From Sphagnum compactum (Eukaryota), in NCBI GenBank assembly GCA_965153455.1, contig OZ234494.1, positions 1,860,001 to 1,924,000 on the forward strand: 64,000 bases of DNA, written 5' to 3'. Under the pieces are notes generated by a model. The model did not search any database and was not told the DNA's origin. It saw nothing but the letters and a program-made list of their open reading frames with translations. Made by a program: the position numbers and the translations under genes. Below are positions 40,731-53,290 of this stretch, in pieces (position 1 is the stretch's first letter; each line of letters opens with the position of its first letter).

Positions 40731-41583
40731 ATTTTGCTTAATGAACTTAGAGTACAACATGCATTTAATGCGTTTAAGTTGAACTAGAGCTCTATATCGC
40801 TTTGATTATCCTCTTGGTTTGTAATACCCTCATGGAAAACACTCTCTGAGTAGAACTTGTATTACCTTTATATAGAGGGTGTTAAATACTTTAATCGTTC
40901 CCTTATTTTGTTTGAATGAACAAGAGCAAGCTCCATGCAATACCTTCATTATATTCGTTCCTCATCTTAGTCAACCGTTGGCGGTCTATTGGAGTGGCAA
41001 CCATGTAGGTAGGTGTAGCCATGTAGGTGAGGTTTGGAAGGTACTTACTTAAAGTGTTAGTAGGTAGGACGGTGGAAGGGTAGGTAGGTGGGTGGGGATG
41101 AGCGTAACACATTTTAAATTTAAAGGTGAGTAGGTAGATGGGGAAGAGTCTACTTTAATTTAAATATATAGGTGAGTAGGTTGGTGAGGGACAGTGGGGG
41201 GTAGTGGGTGGGTGGGTGGGTGGGAAAAGTTTTCTAATTCTTGAACTCAGAGTCAGCCTTTGTCCCGCAATGAGATTTAAAAGGTCCTAAATCTCATCAA
41301 GTGGACATTATTAGAGAATAGAAAGTGTACAACCTCGTCGACATGGATCCTGCTTTTGAACATGCAAATTACACTATGCATGTAACCACCTGAACATGGT
41401 ACTTCTGAAACATATAGCAAGACTAGGTATACAAGGTTTCAATGAGACATGCACTATCTTACTGTAACTGCTATGCACCAGAGCTGTATTGCTCACCATG
41501 ATTTGATTCATGCTCACAGCCCTCTTTCTAACATGAAGGAGAATGATGTACAGGCAGGAGACCTTATCACAATCTTGCCTGAC

Positions 41584-44500
41584 TTAGTGGTCATCTCGAT
41601 CAACTAAAGCCTGGAGCACACTTGACTTTTGCTTCCCATATGTGCACCTACATATGTGCATGGCTCGATGATGAGCAGATTTAAACTGGACTGACTTCTT
41701 GCCAGTGGTGTGCTTTGCAGAATCCTTTGCAAGAACAGACATGTGTACTGTGCTTTCACTGCCAGGACACACAGCTGCCATAGCTTCAACTACAAGTTCT
41801 AAATGTGGACTCAACTCATGTTCACTAGTAATCAGGTCAATGAAATGCACAAAAGAACCCCTGATCCAGTTTTCTTCAACAGCCCTTAGCTTCAGGTCCT
41901 TCAACTTTCTCTCCAGCTCATGGCTGAACCTCAAGGCTGTTGTTGCCTGATTGTCTGCATGCTTTGCATCAGACACTTTCTCAGGCTTTGGCCTGGCTGC
42001 CAGCTCCATCTGTAGAGTGTGTAATCTGTCAGGTCAATTATAGCCCAAGATACAAATTGCATCTAAAAACTCTACAGGAACTAGGTTAAATATAATAATT
42101 CAAGTAGTCACAGTGCACGTAAAGCAAGAGAAACACCACCAACCAGGATGTATACACACCCAAATTACGAAACAGGAAGGCACTTACAAGCTTTCTATAG
42201 TGATTTGTAACTTGAGACAGAGGGGTATGCAGTGCATCTTCCAGTTTGCAACGTGGGCAGTGGCAAACAAAGCCCCATCCCTTGGTACTCAGGTCCTTCC
42301 GCTGTTGATGTGGCTGGAAGATATCAAAGTAGCCTCGAGTGATCTCTTCCCCAGCCTGCAACTCACGGGATGCAAAAACAAACAGAGCTCTCCCCACCAA
42401 TATTTGTGATGAATTGGGCATACATGAATGGTTGATGAAGGACGGTAGCCACCATAGCCCCCAGTTCTCAACCTGCACCCATATATATCTCCATTCAAAT
42501 AAGTAAAAAGAAGTGTGCAAAGTGTTGATAACACTTGCCCCAGTTGCATATATACCAAGCACTTCTTGAGAAATTCCTACTTGAGAGCCTAGATGTGTTA
42601 GAAGACAATAAACATTATATCTATGAAATTGCAGAGCCCCATGGCCCCCATAGCCCCCAGTTCTCAACCTGCATCCATGCATATCTCCATTCAAATAAGT
42701 AAAAAGAAGTGTGCAAAGTGTTGAGAACACTTGCCCCAGTTGCATACATACTAAACACTTCTTGAGAAATTTCTGCTAGAGAGCCTAGATGTGCTAGAAG
42801 ACATTAAACATTATATCTATAAATTGCAGAGCAATCTTCACAACACCTTGAAGGTGACACAACAATAAGTGCAGTCATAGCCTCATGAGGGTCACTCACA
42901 CAAAGTGTCAGACCATAACTTTCATCATGAATAGCAGCAACATGTTGACATTAAAACATTAATCAGCAAAATATAAACTGACCTTGATTTCCTGATCTCC
43001 TGAACCTGGCAGATTCTTCCACCCTATAGTGGCATTCCCATTGAAAGCATTCAGCTGAATAATGCGGTGGATGCAGCTAGCATCAAGTGGGGCCATAGCT
43101 ACAGGACTGCACCTACTGTTTGAGGTCAGCAAATTTGCAGGAGGAGTTGGCAATTTTTTGACTCCATCAAATAACATGTGCAACTTTTGATTATCCCAGC
43201 CCAAAGCATGTGGATTTGCACAGATTGGACCAAATGCTTCCTGGACCTTCCGATTAATGGATTGCTCAGAAACTTCAACTCCTGTTTGATGATCGAAACT
43301 TTGCACCTCCGTGAAAGCTATGGGATTTGAAACAAGTAAAAGCTCCCCAGCCTCCACGTGTTTTTTCAAAACCAGCCCACGCCCACATCCATGACCCACC
43401 TCAGCAACCTTAACAGGGCCAATGTAATCAGTGCAGGAAGGAAACTCCCCAACATACCTTCCCCTCAAATAGAAATTTGACAGGTCAAACAAACCCATTT
43501 CACTTTGCTGGACACGGATGATGCTCTCATGAAGTGCAGCTTGAAGGTCTTTGTCTGATGGAGCCCGTGGAGCAGCTTCCTGCAAGGCAAAACACCATTA
43601 CATTCAGAAGGTTGACACAAATTAAAGAAAAACAACTGTGCATTTGTACAATTCATACTGATGGGGTTAGACATGTCAACAATACTCAATAAGAATGTAA
43701 TTGTGCACGAGTCACTTAACATTGTAGATGACAGACACACATCACATCCACCAGTGTCTATGCAGATGCTGGAGTTTGTTGAGCATTAGTGGTGACACCA
43801 CATACTAGATGTGTCAGTCAGGAACTTTCTACCAGCACTTCAAACTGTTTAGAGAAATATCTAGTCTTAACCACAGATTCTGACTGCAGTATTAACTGAT
43901 GTACTCACAGAATAAACAGAGATTGGTTTGGTCATGTGGATAGAAGGACAGACGCACGCACTCGTAAGATTAAATTAGCATCATGGTACTGGTGAAGTCC
44001 AAGCAATGCCCTTCCTTTTCTGAACAGGCTTTTGAGGTGGTCATGTTGTAGGGCAAGTGCCTTTTCAGCATCCTCCAACCCCTTCTCATACTCATGAAGT
44101 CGAATCCAGGCTTCTGCACGGTTGGAAAATCCAAGCAACACTTCAGATTCAGATGCATGGCCATTTGTTACACCACTCTTCTCTGTGGATGTAGCAGATC
44201 TGGTACGCTCCTGCTCCTTCATTGCCTGAAGAATACCCCTTGTATACAGTTCTGTGGCACCACGAAAGTCTTCATGCAGGAAAAGTTTGTTTCCTTGCAA
44301 GCGTAATGCATGGGCACTGAAACTCTCCTTTGGCGTACTGCTCAAATCAATCTCCTGTTGAGCTTCACCACGATTTGGTTTGGGAACCTCACCTGTTTTC
44401 TCATATTTTGAAGTTTCAACAATCACTGGCCCAGTCTGGGTATTCCTATCAAGATGGCACCTTTCCAATTCAACAGTCTCAACAAGGTTGTTATTTGATA

Positions 44501-47500
44501 GAGTGCAACTGGACTCCTGCACAACTGGCCTGCTCACAACTTCTTTAGATTCCTCACTCTTTGCTTCTCCAACCTCTGAGGCAACAGGTATATCTTCAGT
44601 TTCTTCATCATGCATAACATCTTCATCCTCACTTGTGCTTGGCAAAATCTCATTACACTCCACTGCTGCACTGCTGACAACTTCTTTCACTCCATGACTT
44701 GTTGTTGCTTCCATCTCTAAAGCCCCAGCTACATCTTCACTTCCTTCATTGCGCCTATCATTGTCAGTGCCTTCATCCACACTTCTGCTCGAGAAAATTT
44801 CATTAGATTCCTCTGTGGCTGGACTGCTGAGAGTCTCTCTTGCTACATTGCTCTTTTCTGCTTGTAGCACTGAAACCCCAGCTATACTTTCTTCATCAAA
44901 TCTAGCACCTTCATCCACACTTAGGTTTGAAAAAAATTCATCAGACTCTTTTGTGGCTATACTTGGCACAATCTTTTCATCATTCTTTTCTGCTTCCACC
45001 TCTACCACCCCAGGTCTATCTTTGCTTTCTTCATCATGCCTAACATCATTTTCTTCATCATGGTTAACATGTTCAATGCCTTCATCCACACTTTTGCTTG
45101 GCATAATTTCATTACAATCCTCCATGCCTAGACTGCTGACAACTCCCTTCAATTCATAACACCTTTCTGTTTCCATTTCTGAGGCCCCAGCTTTCTCTTC
45201 ACTTTCTTCATCATGTTTAACATGTTCAATGCCTTCATCCACACTTGTGCTTGGCATAATTTCATTGCAATCCTCCATGAGTGGGTTACTGGCAACTCCC
45301 TTCAATTCATCACTCATTTCTGCTTCCATTTCTGATGCCCCAACTTTATCTTTACATTCTTCATCATGCCTATCAACTTCATCCATACTTGTCAATGGAA
45401 ATTTGTCCTTCTCCACAGCTGGACTGCTGACAAACTCCGCAGCTTCATCACTCTTTTCTGCTTCCATGTCTGATGCCCCAACTTCATCTTTAATTATGTC
45501 ACCAAACCTTTCATCTTCATATCCTTCACCCACAATTGTGCTTGGCATAAGTTCATTAGACTCTTCTGTAGCTGGGCTGCTGACACCATCCTTCACTTCA
45601 TTGGTCTTTTCTTTCACCTCTGAAACTCTCGTTATATCTTCAATTTCTTCACCATGCCTATCATCTTCGGTGCCTTCATCCATCCTTGTGCTTGGTGAAA
45701 TTTCATTACACTCCTCCACTGCTAGGCTGCTGACGACCTCCTTTGATTCATTGTTCCTTTCTTCTTCCATCTCTGATGCCTCAGCTTTATCTTCAATTTG
45801 TTCATCACACCTTTCATCTTCGGTGCCTTCATCCACACCTGTGCTTCGCACAAGTTCATTAAAATTTTCTGTGGCTGAGATACTGACAACCTGCTTCACA
45901 TCATCAGTCCTTTCTGCTTCCACCTTTGAAATCCCAGTTAAATCTTCACTTTCTTCATTGCACCTATCAACTTCAGTGTCATCATCCACATTTTTACTTT
46001 GCAAAATTTCATTACACTCCTCCATAACCAGGCTGCTGACAACCTCTTTTGTTTCATCACTCCTATTTGTTTCACCACCAAAAATCCCACTGACAGCTTC
46101 CCTGTATCCATCACCCTTTTGAAATTTGGTGGCGTCACCCGCACTGTTGCTTTTGGTGGCTGTGGTGCCAACAACCTCATCTGCAGCATCATCCAGTGAT
46201 TTAGCATATGAATTCCCAAAATCAATTGCACTGTCCACATTATATTTTTCAGATATAGTGGCTTCAACCATGCTTTTGCTTGATGAAATCTTGGGAAAAT
46301 CAGCCACAACTGCCCTGCTAACCACCTTTCCTGCTTGAGCATTATTAGATGTGTCAGAATGTCCCACAGTTGCCCTGTTCAAATCACCTAATCCAGATTC
46401 ATTGGCTTCAACAACATTTTCTCTTTCTGAACCTTCATCTTTGATCTCCTCCACAGCTGGGTGGCTAACAACTTCTGTTTCACCAATGTCAGCATTTGGA
46501 ACCCCAGTTACAGCATCCCCATTTACATGACATGGTTCAGTTTGGGCAGCTTCATCCAGATCTTTGCTTGGTAAAAAATCTTCTTTGACCTCCCCAACAT
46601 CTTTATCTTTTTGACAGGTTCCTGCACCTAAATCCCTCACTGTGGATACATCCTCTGCTGCTGAACCTTGTGGCTCCACAATGTTATCTTGTGGGAATGG
46701 AATCTCAACCTCTTTGGCATCTGTGTGATGATCTCGTTTACACATATCAGCATCTACTATGACAGAAGATTGTTTTTGGTGATCACCTTGCTGAGTCACA
46801 CCAGCATTTACAAGGAAAGAAGCTACTTTGTGAGTGCTGTCAGGGCTTTGAGACATAGTGTCATTGCTGCTATTGTGAACAACTGATTCACTATGCTTTG
46901 GACTTGTGAAAGCCCAATGACCCTCAGGAGTCATGGGCCTCGAAAGAAACACCATGTCAGTGGGATGTTCAACTAGTATACCAACAAGCCCATCTGGGAA
47001 CCTAGTCAAATAAGGGTCCCTTATTGCAACCCTTGATCCCTCTGGAAAGTAATGCTGTGCTTGTGCCATGCTGGCCCTTAGGGGCACTGAATTTTTCAGC
47101 ATCAGTATTGTTGCCAATCCAGAGTCTTCCTCCAATACGCTCACCTGGAGACCCCACACCCAACATAAGGTCTGTAAATTGTCAACAGTTTCTGCTCTGC
47201 AATTCAAGAGCAGCACCTTAAGGTAATATCATGCCTACCTCAACAGAGTCTCTCACGACAAACAGCCCTCTTGCTCCAAGAATTGCTTGTAAGCAGGAGC
47301 TGATACTCCATTCATTCTGCAGCCTCTTATAGGGCTGCTCCGACCACTATATTGAGAAAGTCGCTCTATTTGTCGCGGAGAAGGGAAATCACTCTCCGAA
47401 TTTCAATGCCCGACTATGCGCCAACTACAGAGACTACTTTTCTTGCAGGGGACGCCTCTCAAGATGCACATTACTTTAACGTGATTAGCGTTTTTTTGCT

Positions 47501-47994
47501 TAAAAAAGGACTTTGAAATAAGTGGAGTCTGAGAAAATAGAGCCTCAAACCATTCAGGAAGATTCTTACTTACGACGTGAAAATAAAAGACAGGCTGTTC
47601 GGGTTGGGGTGGAACATTCACTGACCACAGAATGGATCTTGTAGGCCGTGACGCAGAGACGCCCCTGCAGCACATGCCTGCGATGGGTCTTTCCCACCTT
47701 CATGTCGGCCAATGTCACGGGTTTGAGCTCCTTCCAAGGAAACTCGTCAAGAACAGGAGCGATAGGTGGCGCCTCGCTATCTGGCAGCTGAGTGCCAGGC
47801 AGCAAGCCGCGCTCTAGCATATGTGCATCGTGCAACGCTGCCAGATGCGCTGCCATAAGGCCCAATTTCTCGAAACTCTCAGAAGCGTGCACCGTTTCCG
47901 TGTGATCTGGTCCCATCAACTTTCCTGGCGAATGCTCATGGTGCACATGGTGCAATACCCCTTTACCCAAGTTTCCTGGACTTCCCTGATCCAT
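41584..47994 (-). CDS. TPR + SET-domain protein (putative lysine methyltransferase) with a long acidic repeat region; 5 exons, 1,619 aa
   Basis: Exons 47994-47626, 47144-43962, 43579-42983, 42472-42188 and 42009-41584, all GT-AG and phase 0. TPRs LRLQGNKLF..DFRGATELYTRG, FSNRAEAWIRLHEYEKGLEDAEKAL, KSLFRKGRALLGLHQY. SET motifs GRGLVLKKHVEAGELLLV, GLWWLPSFINHSCMPN, ELQAGEEITRGY. Post-SET WGFVCHCPRC. Confidence 0.9.
42453..42831. repeat. 196-bp tandem duplication spanning the intron 3/exon 4 junction of the TPR-SET gene
   Basis: CATAGCCCCCAGTTCTCAACCTGCA... begins at both 42453 and 42649 and continues with high identity to ...AAATTGCAGAGC. Confidence 0.9.
44480..46060 (-). repeat. Coding tandem repeat, ~153 bp / 51 aa, about 10-11 units
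   Basis: Consensus ~EVVSSxxxEExNEIxPSxSVDEGxExxRxDEExEDxxGASExEAExxxExK. CTGACAAC-like anchors at ~46036, 45883 and 45730 (spacing 153). Confidence 0.9.
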
Positions 47995-49109
47995 TCTCTT
48001 TCTTCTCTCTCTTAAAGCCTTGCTCCAAGAATACGAGAACCAAACTAGCTGGAGATTTGATGTCCAACTTGAAATGGAAGTTCTTCCTTCTATCCTGCTA
48101 TCCTCCTGTCTTCCTCTCTCCAACGCAACGACAAGAAAGCTAAATGGACAGATCTGCTCTGCTCTCCTCTTCTTTCTTTCTCCCAACTAAGGACAAGAGG
48201 AAAATCACAGCAAAACAAGTCAACTTCTAGATGACAATATTTCTGTCCACCTTGTTTCTTTGCTTCTTTCTCCAGGACAGATACCCACAAATGGACAGCT
48301 CTCCTCTCCTCTCGTTGTCTCCAAACCGATGCCGCAGCAAAATCTTAACAAAACAATTCAACTTCCAAAATGTGAATCCTTCTGTCCTCCCTGTTTCTTG
48401 GAGTTTTCGCTCCAAGACAATCATGACAAGAAAACTAACAGCACAAACTAATCCTTAAAACTTCATCATCAACCCTCTCTCTTGCACCCACCTAGTCTCT
48501 ATTCAGGATCCTGAAAGCCAAAAACACAAACCTCCAAAAAATAGACAAAGCTGGACCAACTCAACATTCCAAAAAAAGAGCCCAAAATAAAACAAAGAAG
48601 CACACAAAATGTGCCGTCTTCTCCATAGAGAGAAATCCGAAACGCCGAAGCAAACCCGCCATCCACCTATCTGGTTGGCATTATTGTGGGTGGTGGCAAA
48701 AGACCTCTAATAATAGGCTTCAAGAGAAGTAAGTGTCCATAACTAAAAAGTTTTTGATCTCTTCTCTCTACTTGACTGGCATTATTGCAACAATACTAAA
48801 AAGACTTTCAATGGGAGGTGAGATGGAGGACTGGGGAAACAACCGATCTTATTGAATAAGCCAGGCACAATTGTATGTGTGTTTTTGTGGACAGGAAGGA
48901 CGAGGAAGTTTGGTTTGTTGTTTGTTGCAACAGTAAAGCAAACGATGTGCGCACGGCTCCTACATACGGTACCTTATGTAACAAACGTGTAGCAAAGTGA
49001 GTCAAGGGCGGCACATCAGTGCCCTTTCACCTGGGACGGGTCCTAGTGAATTAAAGCTTTAAAAACCTGACCTAAGTTTTCCTTGGTATTTAAAGGAACC
49101 TCAGATAGC

Positions 49110-49500
49110 CAAGGGTGGTAAAAACCCGATTTTTTCCGCACGACAAATCGGGTTTAAGGTTTAAATGAATAAAACCCGATTTCTGGGTATTAAAATCATG
49201 GTTTTATTCCGGGTAACATTAATCGAGGCCGGCACGTGTCAGGATCTGTTTTGACTCAAAAGCAAGGTCGCTAAGGGCATGATTCGTGCAACTTCCTGTC
49301 TGATCAGCGATGGCTGAACGTTAACAACGATGCCATCATCAACTACATGGCGACGTTGCCCGAATGTCCTTTCGCAGTCCGCACCCTATTAAAACTTGAT
49401 TTTCAAAATAAAACCCAATTTTGTGCGATCTCAGACAATGAAGTTTTATATTAAAACCTTAAATAACCCGATTGCAAAAAACCAGGGTCTACTACCCCTG
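49110..49500 (+). mobile_element. Non-autonomous hAT element (391 bp) with an 8-bp TSD and a transposase remnant
   Basis: TSD CAGATAGC at 49102-49109 and 49501-49508. Imperfect TIRs CAAGGGTGGTA / TACTACCCCTG. Subterminal AAACCCGAT repeats. Internal frameshifted fragment CLISDG(W)xNVNNDAIINYMA at ~49297-49353 resembles the hAT first catalytic Asp motif. Confidence 0.85.
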
Positions 49501-49769
49501 CAGATAGCAGAGTCTTCCTCATAATGGATTTGCTAGGTCCTGACTCCTCCTGAAAGCACGCATAAGGTTTCCTTCCTTCAATTTTTGTTTAGGGTTTAAC
49601 ACTTATGACTGGCAGGTCCATGGGGCTTTCATTGTTCTCCAGCCTGGAACTCGTCCCTGGTGAGGTGCCCTCAACTTTCCCCTAGACTCTTTAATGCCTT
49701 CCCATACATGTATTGTAAGGTAAAGCCTTAAGGCCAGGTCATTTTCAAAATAAGGGGTTTAGGACAAAG

Positions 49770-49870
49770 ATTAAATCATTAAGTTTAACCATTATATTTA
49801 ACCATTAATTTTAAATCATTAGGTTTAACCATTATTTTAAATCACTAAGTTTAACCATTATTTTATGTTA
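49770..49870. repeat. AT-rich minisatellite, ~26-bp units
   Basis: TAAATCATTARGTTTAACCATTAT-like unit repeated about 3 times. Confidence 0.7.
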
Positions 49871-50479
49871 TTAAGTTTAGATGTTAAGTTTAGTCACTAG
49901 CTATCACCTAAGCTTTGCCATTATGTTTAATGATGTGAAATCACATATGAAATTTTTAAAATCTAATAAAAGTTGAACACCTTTGATGGTATAGTCCATT
50001 AATAAGGACTTGGTTTATTAATGTGAAGGTTTGAGGTTCAATTCTTTATACTTACAACCTATATGCATGTTTAAAAGGCTAGGGTAGGTAGGTTAAATTA
50101 AAGTAGTTCGATGAAATTAGGTTAAGTTGCGTAGGTTAGGTTAAGTTAGGCTAACACCTAGCTATCTAATGCCTTTTTTCAACCTACCTACCTACCTATT
50201 AATTTTTTAAATAATAAATTAGAAAATGATTTTAATTTAAGTATAAAATTGACCTAGTCAAATGGTCCATTATCTACCAGTCAAATAATCAGTTAGTTTG
50301 TCAGTCACTTTGCTAGTTAAAATGAAAAGGTGTAGTTAATAAAAAAAAGCCACAAGTCAAAATAGACATTGTCGAAATTGACTTGTCGAAAATGGCACCA
50401 AGGCCAAGTCGACCAGTGTCATTTTTGGGTCTTTTTTGACCAATTTCCCAAGTAAAAAAAACCATGATCTGTAGTGTTG

Positions 50480-51700
50480 AAAGGGGACAATGCTCCCTAA
50501 AGGTCCTTCGACATCTTATAACTCTCTAAAAATAGCAGTTTGAGAAACATTATTAAAAACATTTTCAACATCAACTTGCATCATGACCTAATCAAGGTGT
50601 AGGTCAAGGAAGGTTCTGATGCCAAAAAGGGTGGTTTCATAACCTCTAGGGGTCCTTACTCCAAACTAATGGGGGGATAAGTGCTTTTGAAATGACCCCT
50701 GAAGTTGTAAAACAATGGAGCAATTATTAAGTTGAAGAAATGTTTCACCTATGACAATAAAACGAAGACCTCTAGTGTCCTTTGCCATTGCTAACAATCT
50801 GCTAACCCCCAGCACTAGGGCCATTGACCTAAAGATATCACCATGGCCAACAACAGCAACTTGGAATAATTTTGAAAACCTTGAAGATGGGTCCTTTGGT
50901 ATGAAACACCCCAAAAGATGTTCATAAACCATCCCAGATAGGCCACCCGAACACAAATGGGGAGAAGTGGCTAAAGCCTATGTAAACAAAGTCCTACCCA
51001 TGACAACGGTATGTTCAAGCTGACAGTCAAAAAACATTGGAAGAACATGGTATGATGGAAAAGGGGTGCAGTTAACATAAAGTTGCAATGGTGTCCTCTA
51101 AGGGGATAGTTAGTATCATGGTTGAAGAGCTCTAGCAACACGACTATATTGTCTCGCTCTACCCAAAATCAAACATCGCAAAAATGATGGTCGAAAAATT
51201 ATCCAATGAGCGATGGGAATAGGGAGCACATGAAGCATGTGAGGCATGTGAAGCATAGGAGGATTCCTCCTAAAGCAAATATTGGAGTTGCCCATCATAA
51301 ACCTTCTAAAGAATTAAAACCTCTCACTAAAATAAACGACGTCTTCAAGTATAACGCAAACACCAACGTCGCAATAGGAGGAGAAGGAACCATGTTGATT
51401 TGTCCATTGAATCTTGAGCAATTCGGTAAAGGGGTCAGTAAAAACCTTACCTGATGTCATCCTGGATGGCTTAAGGGATCTTATGAAACAATTGAGGGCA
51501 TGCAAAACAAGCCTCAAACAACCCCAAAATGAAACTAGATTAGGCCCGAAATTAACCTCTAAAAGCAAGAGGGATAGAACCAAGGTTTAACACAAGAAGG
51601 GAGGACATTTACAAAGATAAAACAACTTAACTAGCCTAGGAGACAAGGCTAACATGAGGATGAGCATCATTTGAAGAGTAAAGGCCAGAGCAATGTGGAC
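50480..51700 (-). mobile_element. Decayed CRE-like (RLE-clade) non-LTR retrotransposon, 5' part and RT N-terminus
   Basis: SRLLAMAKDTRGLRFIVIGETFLQL, then PH*FGV, then MQVDVENVFNNVSQTAIFREL (RT motif DxxNAFN). Truncated before the YxDD motif. Clade assignment is by recognition only. Confidence 0.75.
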
Positions 51701-52279
51701 AAAGGGCATCTCGAACCAATGAACGACGCAAAAGGGAACGATACAAAAAAAGGTTACACTCAAAACATTAGGATGCAAAAGCCCAAGCAAACCCTAAAAA
51801 AACTTGTGTGTGCTTACTAGTGCAATTTTGTCTGCAAACTTTTAAATATATTTACACTACTAGAATGGGTTGTTTTATTAAATGAAGACCCATTTATATC
51901 GTGTTTTTCTTTGCATTCATTTTCTTGTGTTGTTGTTATTGCTCGTTTTCCTTCCTTCCAGCTATTACCTGCAAACTAACAAATTAATTGGAAGTAGTTG
52001 CATCTATCAAAGGTCTTACAAACTAAAAATGAAATAAAGAAGCACATAGTCCTTCTTTCTTGTGATTTGGGAATGTACTTGTGTTTTCCAAAAATGGTAA
52101 TGGTTTGCGACAATTTCTCAAAGGCGAGTTGTATTTAACAACATAGTGCAAAAGCCACACACCACAGTTTACTTATTAAAGTTCATTCTAAAGCTACTTA
52201 AAGTTCATAGAATCTAGATCAAACAACAAATGTGAGACATTAAACACCCTTTAATGAACTTTTTCGGCTTGTCTTTTTA

Positions 52280-53290
52280 TGCCTTGTGTGGTTCTATAAG
52301 AACTTTCTTTTTCATGGTTTTGTTTTCATGTTGTTGTTGGATTTTCATTCGTTTTTGTTGGAGGCGATAGGTGTGAATAATTTGGGACCCTTCCCTTTCC
52401 AAGCACATTTGAAATCAATAAAAGAACTTCTCCCCCAGGGGCTACAACCTGTGTCCCCCCTTTTGAGTAATTGACCAAAAAAGGTGCAGATCGCCTTTAG
52501 GAGGGTATTTTAGAAAGATTTCATGACCATTCTTTTATTAGCATCATTTTTTATTTACCTTCTAATTCACATTGAGTGCACTTGAGGTCATGTGCGGGGC
52601 TAGGTGCAAAAGTTTAGTTGTTACCCTACCTGGTCATTCTTTTCTCATGCATGCCTTCAAATGTTTTCTCCATCGCATCACACTTTAGGTTGGGTCTTTC
52701 CCATTTTTTAGTCCTTGCGGTATCACCTTATATTTGTAACTAGCCTTAGAATCCTATGGGGATCCATCTTCTTCATTGCACGCATGGTGGCGAAAGGACG
52801 GCCTCACATGATGATGTGCGAGATGTTTTTGCGGCCATTGCAAAAAATGCAAAATTTCATGTATCATGAAAGTAGACCCATGTCCTTTCACCCCCTGCCT
52901 TATAGTCTTCACGCCATCAAATCAACATTGTGTTGTCAATCAATGGTGTCTGTACATTAATAGATGTTGTCATCATCAACCCCATTTGAATTAATTTGGT
53001 TTCACAGACTATTTTTTTTCATGGGGGTGTGACGATAATTGTAGCTTAGGCGAAAGATGGTCTTTATCGCTGTGGAGATTTTCAAATGTCTACACCAGTA
53101 GGCGGACGAGTTTCTTCATCGATGTGCCAACATGGCATGGGGAGCAAAGGGCACTAGAATCCCTCCTCTTTCAATTTTGTGCACATTTTATAAGTAGAAG
53201 GTGTAAGTGGCATTATAACATGCGCAAGTAGTCTCTATTTTGAAACACGTTGTTGCCATAGGTGAAGGTTCTTTTATGTTAGGCATCCTT
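52280..53290 (+). mobile_element. Decayed CRE-like non-LTR 3' part: CCHC knuckle plus restriction-like endonuclease
   Basis: An alternative frame gives ICN*P*NPMGIHLLHCTHGGERTASHDDVRDVF...INIVLSINGVCTLIDVVIINP. This matches the CCHC, RHD-like and D-x-D motifs of RLE non-LTR elements. Many stops. Confidence 0.7.

Noticed and set aside
44380-46338. Long plus-strand Ser-rich ORFs (e.g. 45229-46122, 297 aa)
   Set aside because: They are antisense shadows of the Glu/Asp-rich repeat exon of the TPR-SET gene.
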